This document shows, one piece after another, positions 38,408 through 48,211 of a stretch of DNA of 51,327 bases. This DNA is from an uncultured Pseudomonas sp. GTDB lineage: Bacteria > Pseudomonadota > Gammaproteobacteria > Pseudomonadales > Pseudomonadaceae. The translations under genes were made by a program, and so were the position numbers. A model generated the notes under the pieces. It was given only the letters and a program-made list of their open reading frames with translations. It had not been told where the DNA came from and searched no databases. Every line of letters begins with the position of its first letter. Position 1 is the first letter of the stretch. The stretch covers positions 1 to 51,327 of the forward strand of contig CAZIZA010000001.1 in the NCBI GenBank assembly GCA_964543555.1. The letters run 5' to 3'.

Positions 38408-39436
38408 TCAGTGATCCTCGCTTTCGCGCGCCAGCAACTGTCTCTTGCGCTGTAGTCCCCAGCGATAGCCGCTGAGGCTGCCATCACTGGCTACTACGCG
38501 GTGGCACGGCAGCAGCAGGGCGATGGTATTGCTGGCGCAGGCGCGCGCCACGGCGCGTGGATGGCTCTGTAACGGCCCGGCCAGCTCGGTATAACTGCGC
38601 GTCTCACCGCAGGGTATACGCTGCAGTGCTTGCCAGACGCGCAGCTGAAACGCTGTGCCACGAATGTCCAGCGGCAGGTTGGCGGCGCGCTGAGGCTCTT
38701 CGAGTTGCTCCAGTACCCGCTGCAGCCAGTCATGCAGTCCCGCTGCATCCTCTTCGAGCTGCGCAGCGGCAAAGCGTTGTTGCAGCTCGTCACGCAAAAC
38801 GTCCGGCTCATCCGCAAGCAATAGGGCACACACACCTTTGTCGCTGCTGGCCAGTAGCACCTGGCCGAGCGGGCATGGGGCAATGGTGTAACGCAGGCGT
38901 TCTCCCACGCCCTGCTGGCGGCGCCGGGCCGGGCTCATGGCCTGTGGCTGCTCATAGAGTGCACGGGTGCCGCCATAGCCGGCGGCCAATGCCGCGTCGA
39001 GCACACTGTCTGCCTGTGGCAGATGGGTTTCCAGGCGTCGTCGGCGCAGGGCGGCGGCCCAGACGTTGGGTGTCACGCCCGTGCGCGCCTTGAATGCACG
39101 GGCCAGATGCGAGGCAGACAAGCCAATGCGTGCTGCCAGTTGTGGCAGGGTCAGTCGCTGTTCGCCGCTAAGCAGGTGACAGGCCGCAGCGACCAGGGCA
39201 TCGAGCTGTTGCGCCGGACTCAGGCCTTGTGGCGAGCAGCGTTTGCAGGGGCGATAACCGCCCGCCTCGGCGCTGCCTGCGTCAGGGTAAAAGCTGACGT
39301 TGTCGCGCCGTGGCCGCCGTGCAGGACAGCTGGGCCGGCAATAGATACCCGTGCTGCCTACCGCGAAGACGAAGCGCCCATCGAACGCCGCATCGCGCTC
39401 GCATACAGCCTGCCAACAGCGTGTGTACTCGAGCAT
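38408..39436 (-). CDS. ada: Bifunctional regulator / O6-methylguanine-DNA methyltransferase Ada
   Basis: Zn site YCRPSC...RPCKRC, AraC-type HTH and active site PCHRV. Confidence 0.9.
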   Translation of the reverse strand: MLEYTRCWQAVCERDAAFDGRFVFAVGSTGIYCRPSCPARRPRRDNVSFYPDAGSAEAGGYRPCKRCSPQGLSPAQQLDALVAAACHLLSGEQRLTLPQLAARIGLSASHLARAFKARTGVTPNVWAAALRRRRLETHLPQADSVLDAALAAGYGGTRALYEQPQAMSPARRRQQGVGERLRYTIAPCPLGQVLLASSDKGVCALLLADEPDVLRDELQQRFAAAQLEEDAAGLHDWLQRVLEQLEEPQRAANLPLDIRGTAFQLRVWQALQRIPCGETRSYTELAGPLQSHPRAVARACASNTIALLLPCHRVVASDGSLSGYRWGLQRKRQLLARESEDH

Positions 39437-39607
39437 GGATCAAGCCTTCCTGAAGAGGGTCACGCAGTGATTGTCGGCTGCCCCTGGCGCATTGCCAATC
39501 CGCATTGCACTTTCAAACCCCGGGTGAGGTCATTGGTCTGATGGCCTGAGCGTAAACACGGCTCAGCACCTTTAATGATAAGCAGGCAGATGCCGCAGGA
39601 GATCGCC

Positions 39608-40780
39608 ATGCGCGGGATGCTCGATAGGCCGGAGCAGGAACTGATTCTGGTGGTGGACGATGCCGTGGATGCGCGCCAGCGCCTGGGGGCGCTGCTGGCT
39701 GATCGTTATCAGGTGAGCCTGGTTGGCAATGATGAGGCACTGCAGGCGGCCAGGGCGCGACCTCAGCCGGATCTGATCCTGCTCAGTTGGCAGGATGACT
39801 ATGCATTGTGCAGAGAGCTGCGTAGCGACCCTCAAACCCGCCATATCCCGTTGATTCTGGTGACGGGCCGTACCGACGCTGCCGACGAGCAGTTGGGTTT
39901 CGATCTCGGTGCCGCCGACTACATCACCAAGCCGGTGAGTCCGCCCATCGTGCTCGCCCGGGTGCAGGCGCAGTTACAGCTCAAGGCGGCCACCGACTAC
40001 CTGCGTGACAAGAACGAATACCTGGAGCTGGAAGTCAAGCGGCGCACGCGTGATATCCAGCTTTTGCAGGATGTCACCATAGAGGCCATGGCCAGTGTCG
40101 CGGTGATGCGCGACAACCCGCGCAGTCGCCGTCTGGAGCGTATCGAACGCTACATGACCTGCCTGGCTGCTGCATTTGCACGGCAGCAGCCGGCCTTGTC
40201 TGCGTCATTGAGCGAGGTGCGTATTGTCCAGTTGGGCAAGTCGGCCAGGCTGCATGTGATCGACCGGCTGACCCTGCCTGATCGCGTGCTGCTCAGCCAT
40301 GGCGAGCCGGACGAAAATGACCTGCGCCTGCTCCGCGAGGGCGTGCTCGCCGGGCGTGATGCCCTGGAGCGGGCCGAACGCAAGCTGGGCAGCATCAGCG
40401 ACTTTCTCTCCGACGCCAAGGATATCGTCTACAGCCAGCATGAGCGCTGGGATGGCCAGGGCTATCCGCAGGGGCTGAGTGGTGAGCAGATTCCACTGTC
40501 GGCAAGGCTGATGGCGCTGGTCGGGTACTTCGAAGAGCTGACTTGTCAGCATGCCTATCTGCCGCCGATCAGCTCGGAACAGGCCGTTTCGCGGATCTGC
40601 GCCGCCAGCGGCACGCGCTTCGATCCCATGGTGGTGCTGGCTTTCGTTGAAGTGACAGCGGAGCTTCTGCAGATCGCTGCAACCCTGGCCGACGACGCTG
40701 CCGCCGTGGAAGTCGAGTTGCAGCGCCTGGAGGACTCGCTGGCGGAAAGCATCGAGCTGACTCTGCCAGCGGCGCCATAA
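39608..40780 (+). CDS. REC-HD-GYP protein (PA4781-like) with degenerate active sites
   Basis: VVDD...ITKP receiver domain; HERWDGQGYP...GEQIPLSAR...FDP HD-GYP scaffold; AGGAG RBS. Confidence 0.85.
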   Translation: MRGMLDRPEQELILVVDDAVDARQRLGALLADRYQVSLVGNDEALQAARARPQPDLILLSWQDDYALCRELRSDPQTRHIPLILVTGRTDAADEQLGFDLGAADYITKPVSPPIVLARVQAQLQLKAATDYLRDKNEYLELEVKRRTRDIQLLQDVTIEAMASVAVMRDNPRSRRLERIERYMTCLAAAFARQQPALSASLSEVRIVQLGKSARLHVIDRLTLPDRVLLSHGEPDENDLRLLREGVLAGRDALERAERKLGSISDFLSDAKDIVYSQHERWDGQGYPQGLSGEQIPLSARLMALVGYFEELTCQHAYLPPISSEQAVSRICAASGTRFDPMVVLAFVEVTAELLQIAATLADDAAAVEVELQRLEDSLAESIELTLPAAP

Positions 40781-40901
40781 CGTAATGCCAGCGCGTGCAG
40801 GGTGCGCTATGCGCAGCGCTGCACCGCGTCTGCCGTGCACGACCGATTCGGCCCACAGCACCCTAGTGTCGCGACACGAATGATCTGTCGCTGCCTTGAA
40901 C

Positions 40902-40971
40902 CGTGGGAGGGGCTTCAGCCGCGACGCTTTTGGCGCATTCAAAGTCGCTCGCGGCTAAAGTCCCTCCCACG
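40902..40971. repeat. Inverted REP pair (GTGG foot)
   Basis: CGTGGGAGGGGCTTCAGCCGCGA ... TCGCGGCTAAAGTCCCTCCCACG. Confidence 0.78.
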
Positions 40972-41016
40972 AAAGCCGGGCGCTGAACCGATACTCCATG
41001 GTTGAAGAGACACTAG

Positions 41017-41170
41017 GTTCTGTACGAAAAGTCGTCGAGCGAAGGTCAGGCGAGGCAAAAACAGGTGAGGAACGGACTGGGCTCGCATTCGAGTTTACGA
41101 GCTGTAAATGAGCATTCCGAACCTGTTTTTAACGAAGCATCACCGAGCGCAGGCAGTTTTCGTACAGAAC
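41017..41170. mobile_element. 154-bp MITE-like element
   Basis: 14-bp perfect terminal IRs GTTCTGTACGAAAA/TTTTCGTACAGAAC; CTAG on both flanks; nested internal palindromes; no credible coding capacity. Confidence 0.75.
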
Positions 41171-41198
41171 CTAGCGACCTGCGTGGCCATCGCAGGGG

Positions 41199-42170
41199 TC
41201 AGTCGACGATGCGCTCGACATGATGGCAGGCCACCTGCCGTGCATCGATCAGGCGCAGCTCCGGACGTTCGCTGCGGCAGCGTTCGTCGGCGTGCGGGCA
41301 GCGCTTGTGGAAGGCGCAGCCGGAGGGCGGATTCAGCGGGTTGGGCAACTCACCGCTGATTTTCAGTCGAGGCTTGTCCGGAGCGGGATGAATCGCCGGT
41401 GTCGCTGACAGCAGGGCGCGGGTGTAAGGGTGCAGTGGGCGGGCGTATAGCGCTGCGGCCGGGCCCATTTCCACCGGGCGGCCGAGGTACATCACCAGCA
41501 CATCATCGGCGACGTGGCGCACCACCGCGAGGTTGTGCGAGATGAACACATAGCCGGTGGCGAACTGCTCCTGAAGGTCCATGAACAGGTTGAGCACCTG
41601 TGCCTGGATCGACACGTCCAGTGCCGAGGTCGGTTCGTCCGCCACCAGCACCTTGGGCTGCAGCATCATGGCGCGGGCCAGGGCGATGCGTTGGCGCTGA
41701 CCGCCGGAGAACATGTGCGGGTAACGTGCGTAGTGCTCGGGACGCAGGCCCACCTGCTGCATCATCGCCTGTACTGTCTCACGGCGTTCGGCGCGCGACA
41801 GCTCGGTGTTGATCAGCAGCGGTTCGGCCAGTTGATCGCCGATCTTCTGCCGTGGGTTGAGTGAGGCGTAGGGGTTCTGGAACACCATCTGCACGTCGCG
41901 GCGCAACTGCTTGCGCTCGGCTTTGCTGGCGCCGGTTACCTCGCGCCCGGCGATCTGCAGGCTACCGGCGCTGGGCTCTTCGATCAGGGTCAGGGCGCGG
42001 GCCAGGGTCGACTTGCCACAGCCGGACTCGCCGACCACCGCCAGGGTTTTGCCAGCCTGCAGACTGAAGGACACGCCATTGAGCGCCTGCACCGTGGCTG
42101 CCGGTTGGAACAGGCCACGCGAAACGCTGTAGTGGCGGGTCAGCTCACGGGCTTGAAGTACGGTACTCAT
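41199..42170 (-). CDS. dppF: Dipeptide ABC transporter ATP-binding protein
   Basis: GESGCGKS, FQNPYASLNP, FSGGQRQR, ADEPTSALD and HPYT...GCAFHKRC. Confidence 0.92.
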   Translation of the reverse strand: MSTVLQARELTRHYSVSRGLFQPAATVQALNGVSFSLQAGKTLAVVGESGCGKSTLARALTLIEEPSAGSLQIAGREVTGASKAERKQLRRDVQMVFQNPYASLNPRQKIGDQLAEPLLINTELSRAERRETVQAMMQQVGLRPEHYARYPHMFSGGQRQRIALARAMMLQPKVLVADEPTSALDVSIQAQVLNLFMDLQEQFATGYVFISHNLAVVRHVADDVLVMYLGRPVEMGPAAALYARPLHPYTRALLSATPAIHPAPDKPRLKISGELPNPLNPPSGCAFHKRCPHADERCRSERPELRLIDARQVACHHVERIVD

Positions 42171-43144
42171 CAGGCCACCTCCGCCGTAGGGTGAAGAGGA
42201 AAAAAGCAGCGTGCGGCGCCACGGTCGTGTGCATCCAGCGCTGGCCGCTCGTCACGGCAACGTGGCTGCACATAGGGGCAGCGCGGCGACAGCAGGCAAC
42301 CCAGTGGACGGTCATAGCGGCCCGGCACGATGCCCGGCAGGGTGGCCAGGCGGCTGGCGCCTGCGCTGTGTTCCGGGATGGCTTTGAGCAGCGCTTCGGT
42401 ATAGGGATGGCTGGGGGCATCGAACAAGGTCGGTACCTGGCCCAGTTCCACCGCCTGGCCGGCGTACATCACGCACACGCGCTGAGCGGTTTCGGCGACC
42501 ACAGCCAGGTCGTGGGTGATCAGCACCAGAGCCATGCCCTGATCGCGCTGCAGATCCAGCAGCAACTCCATGATCTGCGCCTGAATGGTCACGTCCAGTG
42601 CGGTGGTGGGTTCGTCGGCGATCAGCAGCTTGGGCTCGGCGGCAATCGCCATGGCGATGGCCACACGCTGGCTCATGCCCCCGGACAGTTGGTGTGGATA
42701 GGCATCGAGGCGGCTGGCGGCGCCGGGAATCTCGACCCGCTCCAGCAGCTCCAGGGCACGGGCGCGCGCCGCCTTGCCTTTCAGACCGAGGTGCTGGCGC
42801 AGCACTTCCTCGATCTGGAAACCCACGGTGTAGCTGGGATTGAGGGCGGTCATCGGGTCCTGGAAGACCATCGCCAGATCCTTGCCGACGATGTGCCGGC
42901 GCTGGCGGCCCTTCAGGCGCAGCATGTCGGTGCCGTCGAACTGCAGGCAGTCGGCCTGGACGATGCCGGGGGCGTCGATCAGGCCCATCAGGGCCATCAT
43001 GGTCACTGACTTGCCGGAGCCGGACTCACCGACGATGGCCAGCACTTCGCCCTTTTCCACGCTCAGATCGAGGCCGTCGACCACCGGCACGGCCTCGGCA
43101 GTGCCGAAACGCACAGAGAGGTTGCGGATATTCAGCAGGCTCAT
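42170..43144 (-). CDS. dppD: Dipeptide ABC transporter ATP-binding protein
   Basis: [26 protein letters not shown] and ADEPTTALD. Confidence 0.92.
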   Translation of the reverse strand: MSLLNIRNLSVRFGTAEAVPVVDGLDLSVEKGEVLAIVGESGSGKSVTMMALMGLIDAPGIVQADCLQFDGTDMLRLKGRQRRHIVGKDLAMVFQDPMTALNPSYTVGFQIEEVLRQHLGLKGKAARARALELLERVEIPGAASRLDAYPHQLSGGMSQRVAIAMAIAAEPKLLIADEPTTALDVTIQAQIMELLLDLQRDQGMALVLITHDLAVVAETAQRVCVMYAGQAVELGQVPTLFDAPSHPYTEALLKAIPEHSAGASRLATLPGIVPGRYDRPLGCLLSPRCPYVQPRCRDERPALDAHDRGAARCFFPLHPTAEVA

Positions 43145-43160
43145 GGGCGTGCCTCCTGCC

Positions 43161-43233
43161 GTAGGATGGACAACGCTTCACCTGTCCACCGTCGTACGTG
43201 CATGGTGGATGAAAAGAGCGTCATCCACCCTAC
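43161..43233. repeat. Inverted GTAG REP pair between dppC and dppD
   Basis: GTAGGATGGACAACGCTTCACCTGTCCACC ... GGTGGATGAAAAGAGCGTCATCCACCCTAC. Confidence 0.82.
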
Positions 43234-43324
43234 GCAACGGCGCGCCGTTGGCATCACCGTTGGGGTAGAGGGCACCGTGTGCACCGAGACAGTTCGGGTT
43301 ATGCACATTCTCATTCCGGGCTCC

Positions 43325-44227
43325 TCACTGCGCATTCTTGAGTTTCGGGTCGAGCGCATCACGCAGGCCGTCCCCCATCAGGTTGATCGCCAGCACGCTG
43401 AGCAGAATCGCCAGGCCGGGCAGCGTCACCACCCACCAGGCACGTTCGATGTAGTCGCGCGCCGAGGCCAGCATGGTGCCCCACTCGGGTGTCGGCGGCT
43501 GTACGCCGAGGCCGAGAAAGCCCAGCGCGGCGGCGTCGAGAATCGCCGAGGAAAAACTCAGGGTGGCCTGCACGATCAACGGTGCCATGCAGTTGGGCAG
43601 TACGGTGATGAACATCAGCCGGGGCAAGCTGGCACCGGCCAGTTGGGCGGCGGTGACATAGTCGCGGTTCAGCTCACCCATCACTGCTGCGCGGGTCAGG
43701 CGCACGTAAGCTGGCAGCGAAACGATGGCGATGGCGAAGATGGTGTTGATCAGCCCGGGGCCGAGGATGGCCACGATAGCCACCGCCAGCAGCAGCGAGG
43801 GCAGGGCCAGCATGATGTCCATCAGGCGCATGATGCCGGGGCCGAGCAGGCGCGGGAAAAAGCCGGCGACCAGCCCCAGGAGGATGCCGGGAATCAGCGA
43901 CAGCAGCACCGACGCCAGACCAATCAGCAGCGACAGGCGTGCGCCGTGAATCAAGCGCGAAAGCAGGTCGCGGCCCAGCTCGTCGGTGCCGAGTAAAAAT
44001 TGCCATTGGCCACCGTCCAGCCACACTGGCGGGGTGAGCAGGAAGTCGCGGTACTGCTCGCTCGGGTCATGCGGCGCGATCCAGGGGGCGAACAGCGCGC
44101 AGAACACCATCACCAGCATGAACGCCAGGCCGGCGACAGCGCCCTTGTTGTGGGCAAAGGCCTGCCAGAACTCCTTGAGCGGCGAGGGGTAGAGCAGGCT
44201 CTGGTCGAGGGTTGTTGAGGTAGTCAT
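43325..44227 (-). CDS. dppC: Dipeptide ABC transporter permease
   Basis: LGTDELGRD, EAA-like loop YVTAAQLAGAS and PEWGTML. Confidence 0.92.
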   Translation of the reverse strand: MTTSTTLDQSLLYPSPLKEFWQAFAHNKGAVAGLAFMLVMVFCALFAPWIAPHDPSEQYRDFLLTPPVWLDGGQWQFLLGTDELGRDLLSRLIHGARLSLLIGLASVLLSLIPGILLGLVAGFFPRLLGPGIMRLMDIMLALPSLLLAVAIVAILGPGLINTIFAIAIVSLPAYVRLTRAAVMGELNRDYVTAAQLAGASLPRLMFITVLPNCMAPLIVQATLSFSSAILDAAALGFLGLGVQPPTPEWGTMLASARDYIERAWWVVTLPGLAILLSVLAINLMGDGLRDALDPKLKNAQ

Positions 44228-44240
44228 GGGCGCACCTCCC

Positions 44241-44313
44241 GTAGGGTGGGCGATGCTTTACCTGTCCACCGTTGTCTTCGCTTGGTGGATGAAAAGAGCG
44301 TCATCCACCCTAC
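44241..44313. repeat. Inverted GTAG REP pair between dppB and dppC
   Basis: Right arm GGTGGATGAAAAGAGCGTCATCCACCCTAC is identical to that of 43161-43233. Confidence 0.82.
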
Positions 44314-44344
44314 GCAAACGATGTGGTGATGCATGGCGCCTTCC

Positions 44345-45355
44345 TTACTTCTGATGACGGATGCGTGGATTGGCCAGGCCATAGAGGATATCCACGATGA
44401 AGTTGACCAGAATCACCAGGCAGGCAATCAGCAGGATGCCGTTCTGCACCACCGGGTAGTCGCGGGCGCCGATGGCTTCGATCAGCCATTTGCCGATGCC
44501 GGGCCAGGAGAAGATGGTTTCGGTCAGCACGGCGCCGGCCAGCAGCGCGCCGACCTGCAGGCCGAACACCGTCAGCACCGGGATCAGTGCGTTGCGCAGG
44601 CCGTGCACGAACACCACGCGTGCCGGCGACAGGCCCTTGGCCCGCGCGGTGCGGATATAGTCCTCGCGCAGCACTTCGAGCATGGCTGAACGGGTCATCC
44701 GTGCGATCACCGCCAGCGGGATGGTGCCGAGCACGATGGCCGGCAGGATCAGGTGGCGCAGGGCGTCGGTGAAGGCGCCGGGCTCGTCGGTGAGCAGGGT
44801 GTCGATCAGCATGAAGCCGGTCACCGGCGGTATGTCGTAGAGCAGGTCGATGCGCCCGGAAACCGGTGTCCAGCCCAGGTTGACCGAGAAGAACATGATC
44901 AGCAGCAGGCCCCACCAGAAGATCGGCATGGAATAGCCGGTCAGCGATATGCCCATCACGCCATGGTCGAACAGCGAGCCGCGTTTAAGGGCGGCGATCA
45001 CCCCGGCGATCACCCCCAGGGTGCCGGCGAACAGCAGGGCGGCCAGGGCCAACTCGACGGTGGCGGGGAACAGGGTGAGAAACTCCTTCCATACGCTCTC
45101 GCGAGAACGCAACGACTCGCCCAGATTGCCCTGGGCAAGCTGGCCGATATAGTCGAAGTACTGCGCATACAGCGGTTTGTTCAGGCCCAGGCGTTCCATG
45201 GCCTGAGCGTGCATTTGCGGGTCGACGCGACGTTCACCCATCATCACTTCCACTGGGTCACCAGGGATCAGGCGGATGAGGGCGAAGGTCAGCAGGGTGA
45301 CGCCGAAAAAAGTGGGGATCAACAGCCCCAGACGTCTGGCGATGAAGGACAGCAT
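44345..45355 (-). CDS. dppB: Dipeptide ABC transporter permease
   Basis: LIPGDP, DYIRTARAKGL, ETIFSWPGIG and RDYPVVQ. Confidence 0.93.
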   Translation of the reverse strand: MLSFIARRLGLLIPTFFGVTLLTFALIRLIPGDPVEVMMGERRVDPQMHAQAMERLGLNKPLYAQYFDYIGQLAQGNLGESLRSRESVWKEFLTLFPATVELALAALLFAGTLGVIAGVIAALKRGSLFDHGVMGISLTGYSMPIFWWGLLLIMFFSVNLGWTPVSGRIDLLYDIPPVTGFMLIDTLLTDEPGAFTDALRHLILPAIVLGTIPLAVIARMTRSAMLEVLREDYIRTARAKGLSPARVVFVHGLRNALIPVLTVFGLQVGALLAGAVLTETIFSWPGIGKWLIEAIGARDYPVVQNGILLIACLVILVNFIVDILYGLANPRIRHQK

Positions 45356-45457
45356 CAGGCGGTTTTACTCCATAGAGCGGAAGCAGGCATCGGGCTGCAT
45401 GGTCCGGTGCTGTTGAAGAAACGGATGGGGCGCGCGGCGACGTGCCGCCAGCCACAA

Positions 45458-45481
45458 GCGGCGTGTCCGCAGACACGCCGC
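45458..45481. terminator. Hairpin after dppA (mRNA stabiliser or partial terminator)
   Basis: GCGGCGTGTC-CGCA-GACACGCCGC, a 10-bp stem without a strong U tract. Confidence 0.5.
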
Positions 45482-45488
45482 CCTGCCA

Positions 45489-47090
45489 TCACCTGCCGAT
45501 GCTTACGCCATAGAAGGAGTTCAGTGCGAACGGGCTGATGCGGAAGTCCTGCACGTCCTTGCGCATTGGCTGGTACACGGTGGAGTGCGCCAGCGGGGTG
45601 ATGGGGACCTCGCGCTTGAGGATCACCTGTGCCTGTTTGTACAGCTCGGTGCGTTCGGCCACGTCATTGGTGCGTTTGGCGGCCTTGACCAACTTGTCAT
45701 AGTCCTCGAAGCACCACTTGGAGAAGTTGTTACCGTCGACCGCGTCGCAGCCATAAAGAGTACCAAGCCAATTGTCCGGGTCGCCGTTGTCGCCACTCCA
45801 GCCGATCAGCATGGCGTCATGCTCGCCGGCCTTGGCGCGTTTGAGGTACTCGCCCCATTCGTAGCTGACGATGCGTGCCTTGATGCCGATCTTGGCCCAG
45901 TCAGCCTGCAGCATCTCGGCGATCTGCTTGGCGTTGGGGTTGTACGGGCGCTGTACCGGCATGGCCCAGAGGGTGATTTCGGTGCCTTCCTTGACGCCTG
46001 CGGCCTTGAGCAGCTCCTTGGCTTTTTCCGGGTCGAAGGCCGGGTCCTTGATGTCCTCGTTATACGACCACTGGGTCGGTGGCATGCCGTTGACCGCCAG
46101 TTGCCCCGCATCCTGGTAGACCGCGTTGAGGATGGCCTGTTTGTTCACTGCCATATCCAGCGCCTGGCGTACTTCCAGCTTGTCGAACGGCGGATGCGTG
46201 ACGTTGTAGGCGATGTAGCCGACGTTGAAGCCGGCCTGCTCGGGCATCTGCAGGTTGGCATCCTGCTGCAGCGAAGCGATATCGGCCGGACGCGGGAACA
46301 GGGTCACGTGGCATTCGCCCGCGCGCAGTTTCTGCATGCGCACGGAGGCATCGGTGTTGATGGCGAAGATCAGGTTGTCGATCTTCACATCCTCGGGCTT
46401 CCAGTAATCCTGGTTGCCCTTGTAACGGATGACTGCGTCCTTTTGATAACGACTGAACACGAAAGGGCCGGTGCCAACGGGCTTCTGGTTGATGTCGGCG
46501 GCCTTGCCGGCCTTGAGCAACTGGTCGGCGTATTCGGCGGACTGGATCGAGGCAAAGCTCATCGCCAGGTTCTGAACGAAGGCGGCGTCCACGTCGTTGA
46601 GGGTGAAACGCACGGTCATGTCATCGAGCTTTTCAAGCTTGGCGATGTTGCTGTCCATGCCCATGTCGGTGAAGTAGGGGAATTCGCTGGGGTACGCCTT
46701 GCGAAACGGATGATCCTTGTCGAGCATGCGCTGGAAGGTGAACAGCACGTCGTCGGCGTTGAAGGTACGGCTGGGCGTGAAATACTCGGTGGTGTGGAAC
46801 TTCACACCGGGGCGCAGCTTGAAGGTGTAGGTCAGGCCGTCGTCGGACACTTCCCAGCTTTGCGCCAGGCCGGGCTCGACCTGGGTGCCGCCGCGTTCGA
46901 ACTGGGTCAGACGGTTGAATATGGTTTCCGCGGCGGCGTCAAAATCGGTGCCGGTGGTGTACAGGCCCGGGTCGAAGCCCGCGGGGCTGCCTTCGGAACA
47001 AAACACCAGGTTGGCGGCGCTGGCGAGAGGAGCGCTGGCTATCAGCCCAGCGGTAAGCAAAGCCTGGATAATGGCGTTCTTGCGCATCAT
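45489..47090 (-). CDS. dppA: Dipeptide ABC transporter substrate-binding protein
   Basis: Signal peptide; FCSEGSPAGFDP, GTGPF, WAMPVQRPYNPN and GWSGDNGDPDN; start at 47090 or 47087 after GAGG. Confidence 0.93.
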   Translation of the reverse strand: MMRKNAIIQALLTAGLIASAPLASAANLVFCSEGSPAGFDPGLYTTGTDFDAAAETIFNRLTQFERGGTQVEPGLAQSWEVSDDGLTYTFKLRPGVKFHTTEYFTPSRTFNADDVLFTFQRMLDKDHPFRKAYPSEFPYFTDMGMDSNIAKLEKLDDMTVRFTLNDVDAAFVQNLAMSFASIQSAEYADQLLKAGKAADINQKPVGTGPFVFSRYQKDAVIRYKGNQDYWKPEDVKIDNLIFAINTDASVRMQKLRAGECHVTLFPRPADIASLQQDANLQMPEQAGFNVGYIAYNVTHPPFDKLEVRQALDMAVNKQAILNAVYQDAGQLAVNGMPPTQWSYNEDIKDPAFDPEKAKELLKAAGVKEGTEITLWAMPVQRPYNPNAKQIAEMLQADWAKIGIKARIVSYEWGEYLKRAKAGEHDAMLIGWSGDNGDPDNWLGTLYGCDAVDGNNFSKWCFEDYDKLVKAAKRTNDVAERTELYKQAQVILKREVPITPLAHSTVYQPMRKDVQDFRISPFALNSFYGVSIGR

Positions 47091-47311
47091 GACCTCATCG
47101 TTGTTGTGGTTGTGATCCCTGAGGAGTCTCTTATGGAGACCTCCGCCGAAACTATGCAGGCCTTGTGCCCGAGGCAAGTGTTTCGTTGCGCAGAAAATGG
47201 GTCGCGCTACAGCGTTGTAACTTGCTGTCGCATTTATGACAATATGACGCGAAAAGATGGCGAAAAGCCGTTATCTGTCGATAACGGCGCTGCTTTGTAT
47301 TGAGGCGAGGT

Positions 47312-48025
47312 TCAGGGCATCTGCACTTCGATAACGCCATCGGCGCTGACCGTGACCTGGCTGGTACCGGCTTCGATCTGCGGTGTGCTGGCTGCGTCCA
47401 TCATCGCCATGCCCTTGGCCTCGAAGTTGCGCATGGCCTGGGGTGGCTGGAAACCGCCCGTGTTGAGGCTCAGGCTGACCAGTTTATAGCCCTGGCCGCC
47501 GAGCGCTTCGGTGGCCAGTTGCGCGCGCGCCCTGAAGGCATTGACGGCGTCCTTGAGCATGGCGTCTTCGCGCGTCTTGCGGGTGCCGGTGGCGATGCTG
47601 AAGTCCATGCCGGCTATCTTCATCGATTGCAGCAGCTCGCCGGTCAGGGTGGACAGGCGGGCGAAGTCTGCACTCTCCAGGCGCACCTCGGCACGCTCGC
47701 GCCAGGCCGTGATCTGCTGGCCCTTGTCGTCATACACCGGGTAGCTGTTGCGGCTACCCAGCTTGACCGCCACACCGCTCACCTTGCGAGCCTGCTCCAG
47801 GGTCTGGTTGAGAGTGTGGGTGATCTCGGCGGCCAGCTTGGCCGGGTCAGCATTTTGCGATTCGCTGTAGAGGGTGACGTGCATCAGGTCGTGCGCCACT
47901 TCCTGATTGACCTCCGCACGCAGGGCGATCTGGTTGTAGCGCGCCTCGGCCGCCAGCAGGCCAGTGCTGGTCAGGCTGGCAGCGATGAGGGCGAGGGTGG
48001 TGGCGATACGGGGCATGGTGCGCAT
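47312..48025 (-). CDS. SIMPL/DUF541-family periplasmic protein
   Basis: Signal peptide; YPVYD, AVNAFRARA and IEAGTSQVTVSADG; start at 48025 or 48016. Confidence 0.82.
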   Translation of the reverse strand: MRTMPRIATTLALIAASLTSTGLLAAEARYNQIALRAEVNQEVAHDLMHVTLYSESQNADPAKLAAEITHTLNQTLEQARKVSGVAVKLGSRNSYPVYDDKGQQITAWRERAEVRLESADFARLSTLTGELLQSMKIAGMDFSIATGTRKTREDAMLKDAVNAFRARAQLATEALGGQGYKLVSLSLNTGGFQPPQAMRNFEAKGMAMMDAASTPQIEAGTSQVTVSADGVIEVQMP

Positions 48026-48211
48026 GGTGCAGTTCCTTTTTCTGTGGCCTTATGGCCGTTTCCCGAGGGTAGACGAAAGCGGGTGTCTATCCGGGTTAAG
48101 CCGATGCAATTTTTTCAGTCTGAGGCGGAGTGTTGTATCTGCGGCTGGTTGCCGCAGCGGCGCAAGGCCGCAGCAGGCTTGGTTATACTCGGCGCAACCA
48201 TTGGAGTCGCC

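Noticed and set aside
43161-44313. Repeated ~35-nt sequence as a CRISPR repeat
   Set aside because: Only two copies about 1 kb apart, with GTAG REP structure, no spacers and no cas genes.
47098-47114. Crc/Hfq A-rich motif before dppA (ACAACCACAACAACGA)
   Set aside because: Plausible, but it is an imperfect AAnAAnAA match and too weak to call.
47300-48211. Apparent 304-aa N-terminal extension of RoxS
   Set aside because: It is largely antisense to the SIMPL gene; the real start with an RBS is ATG 48212.
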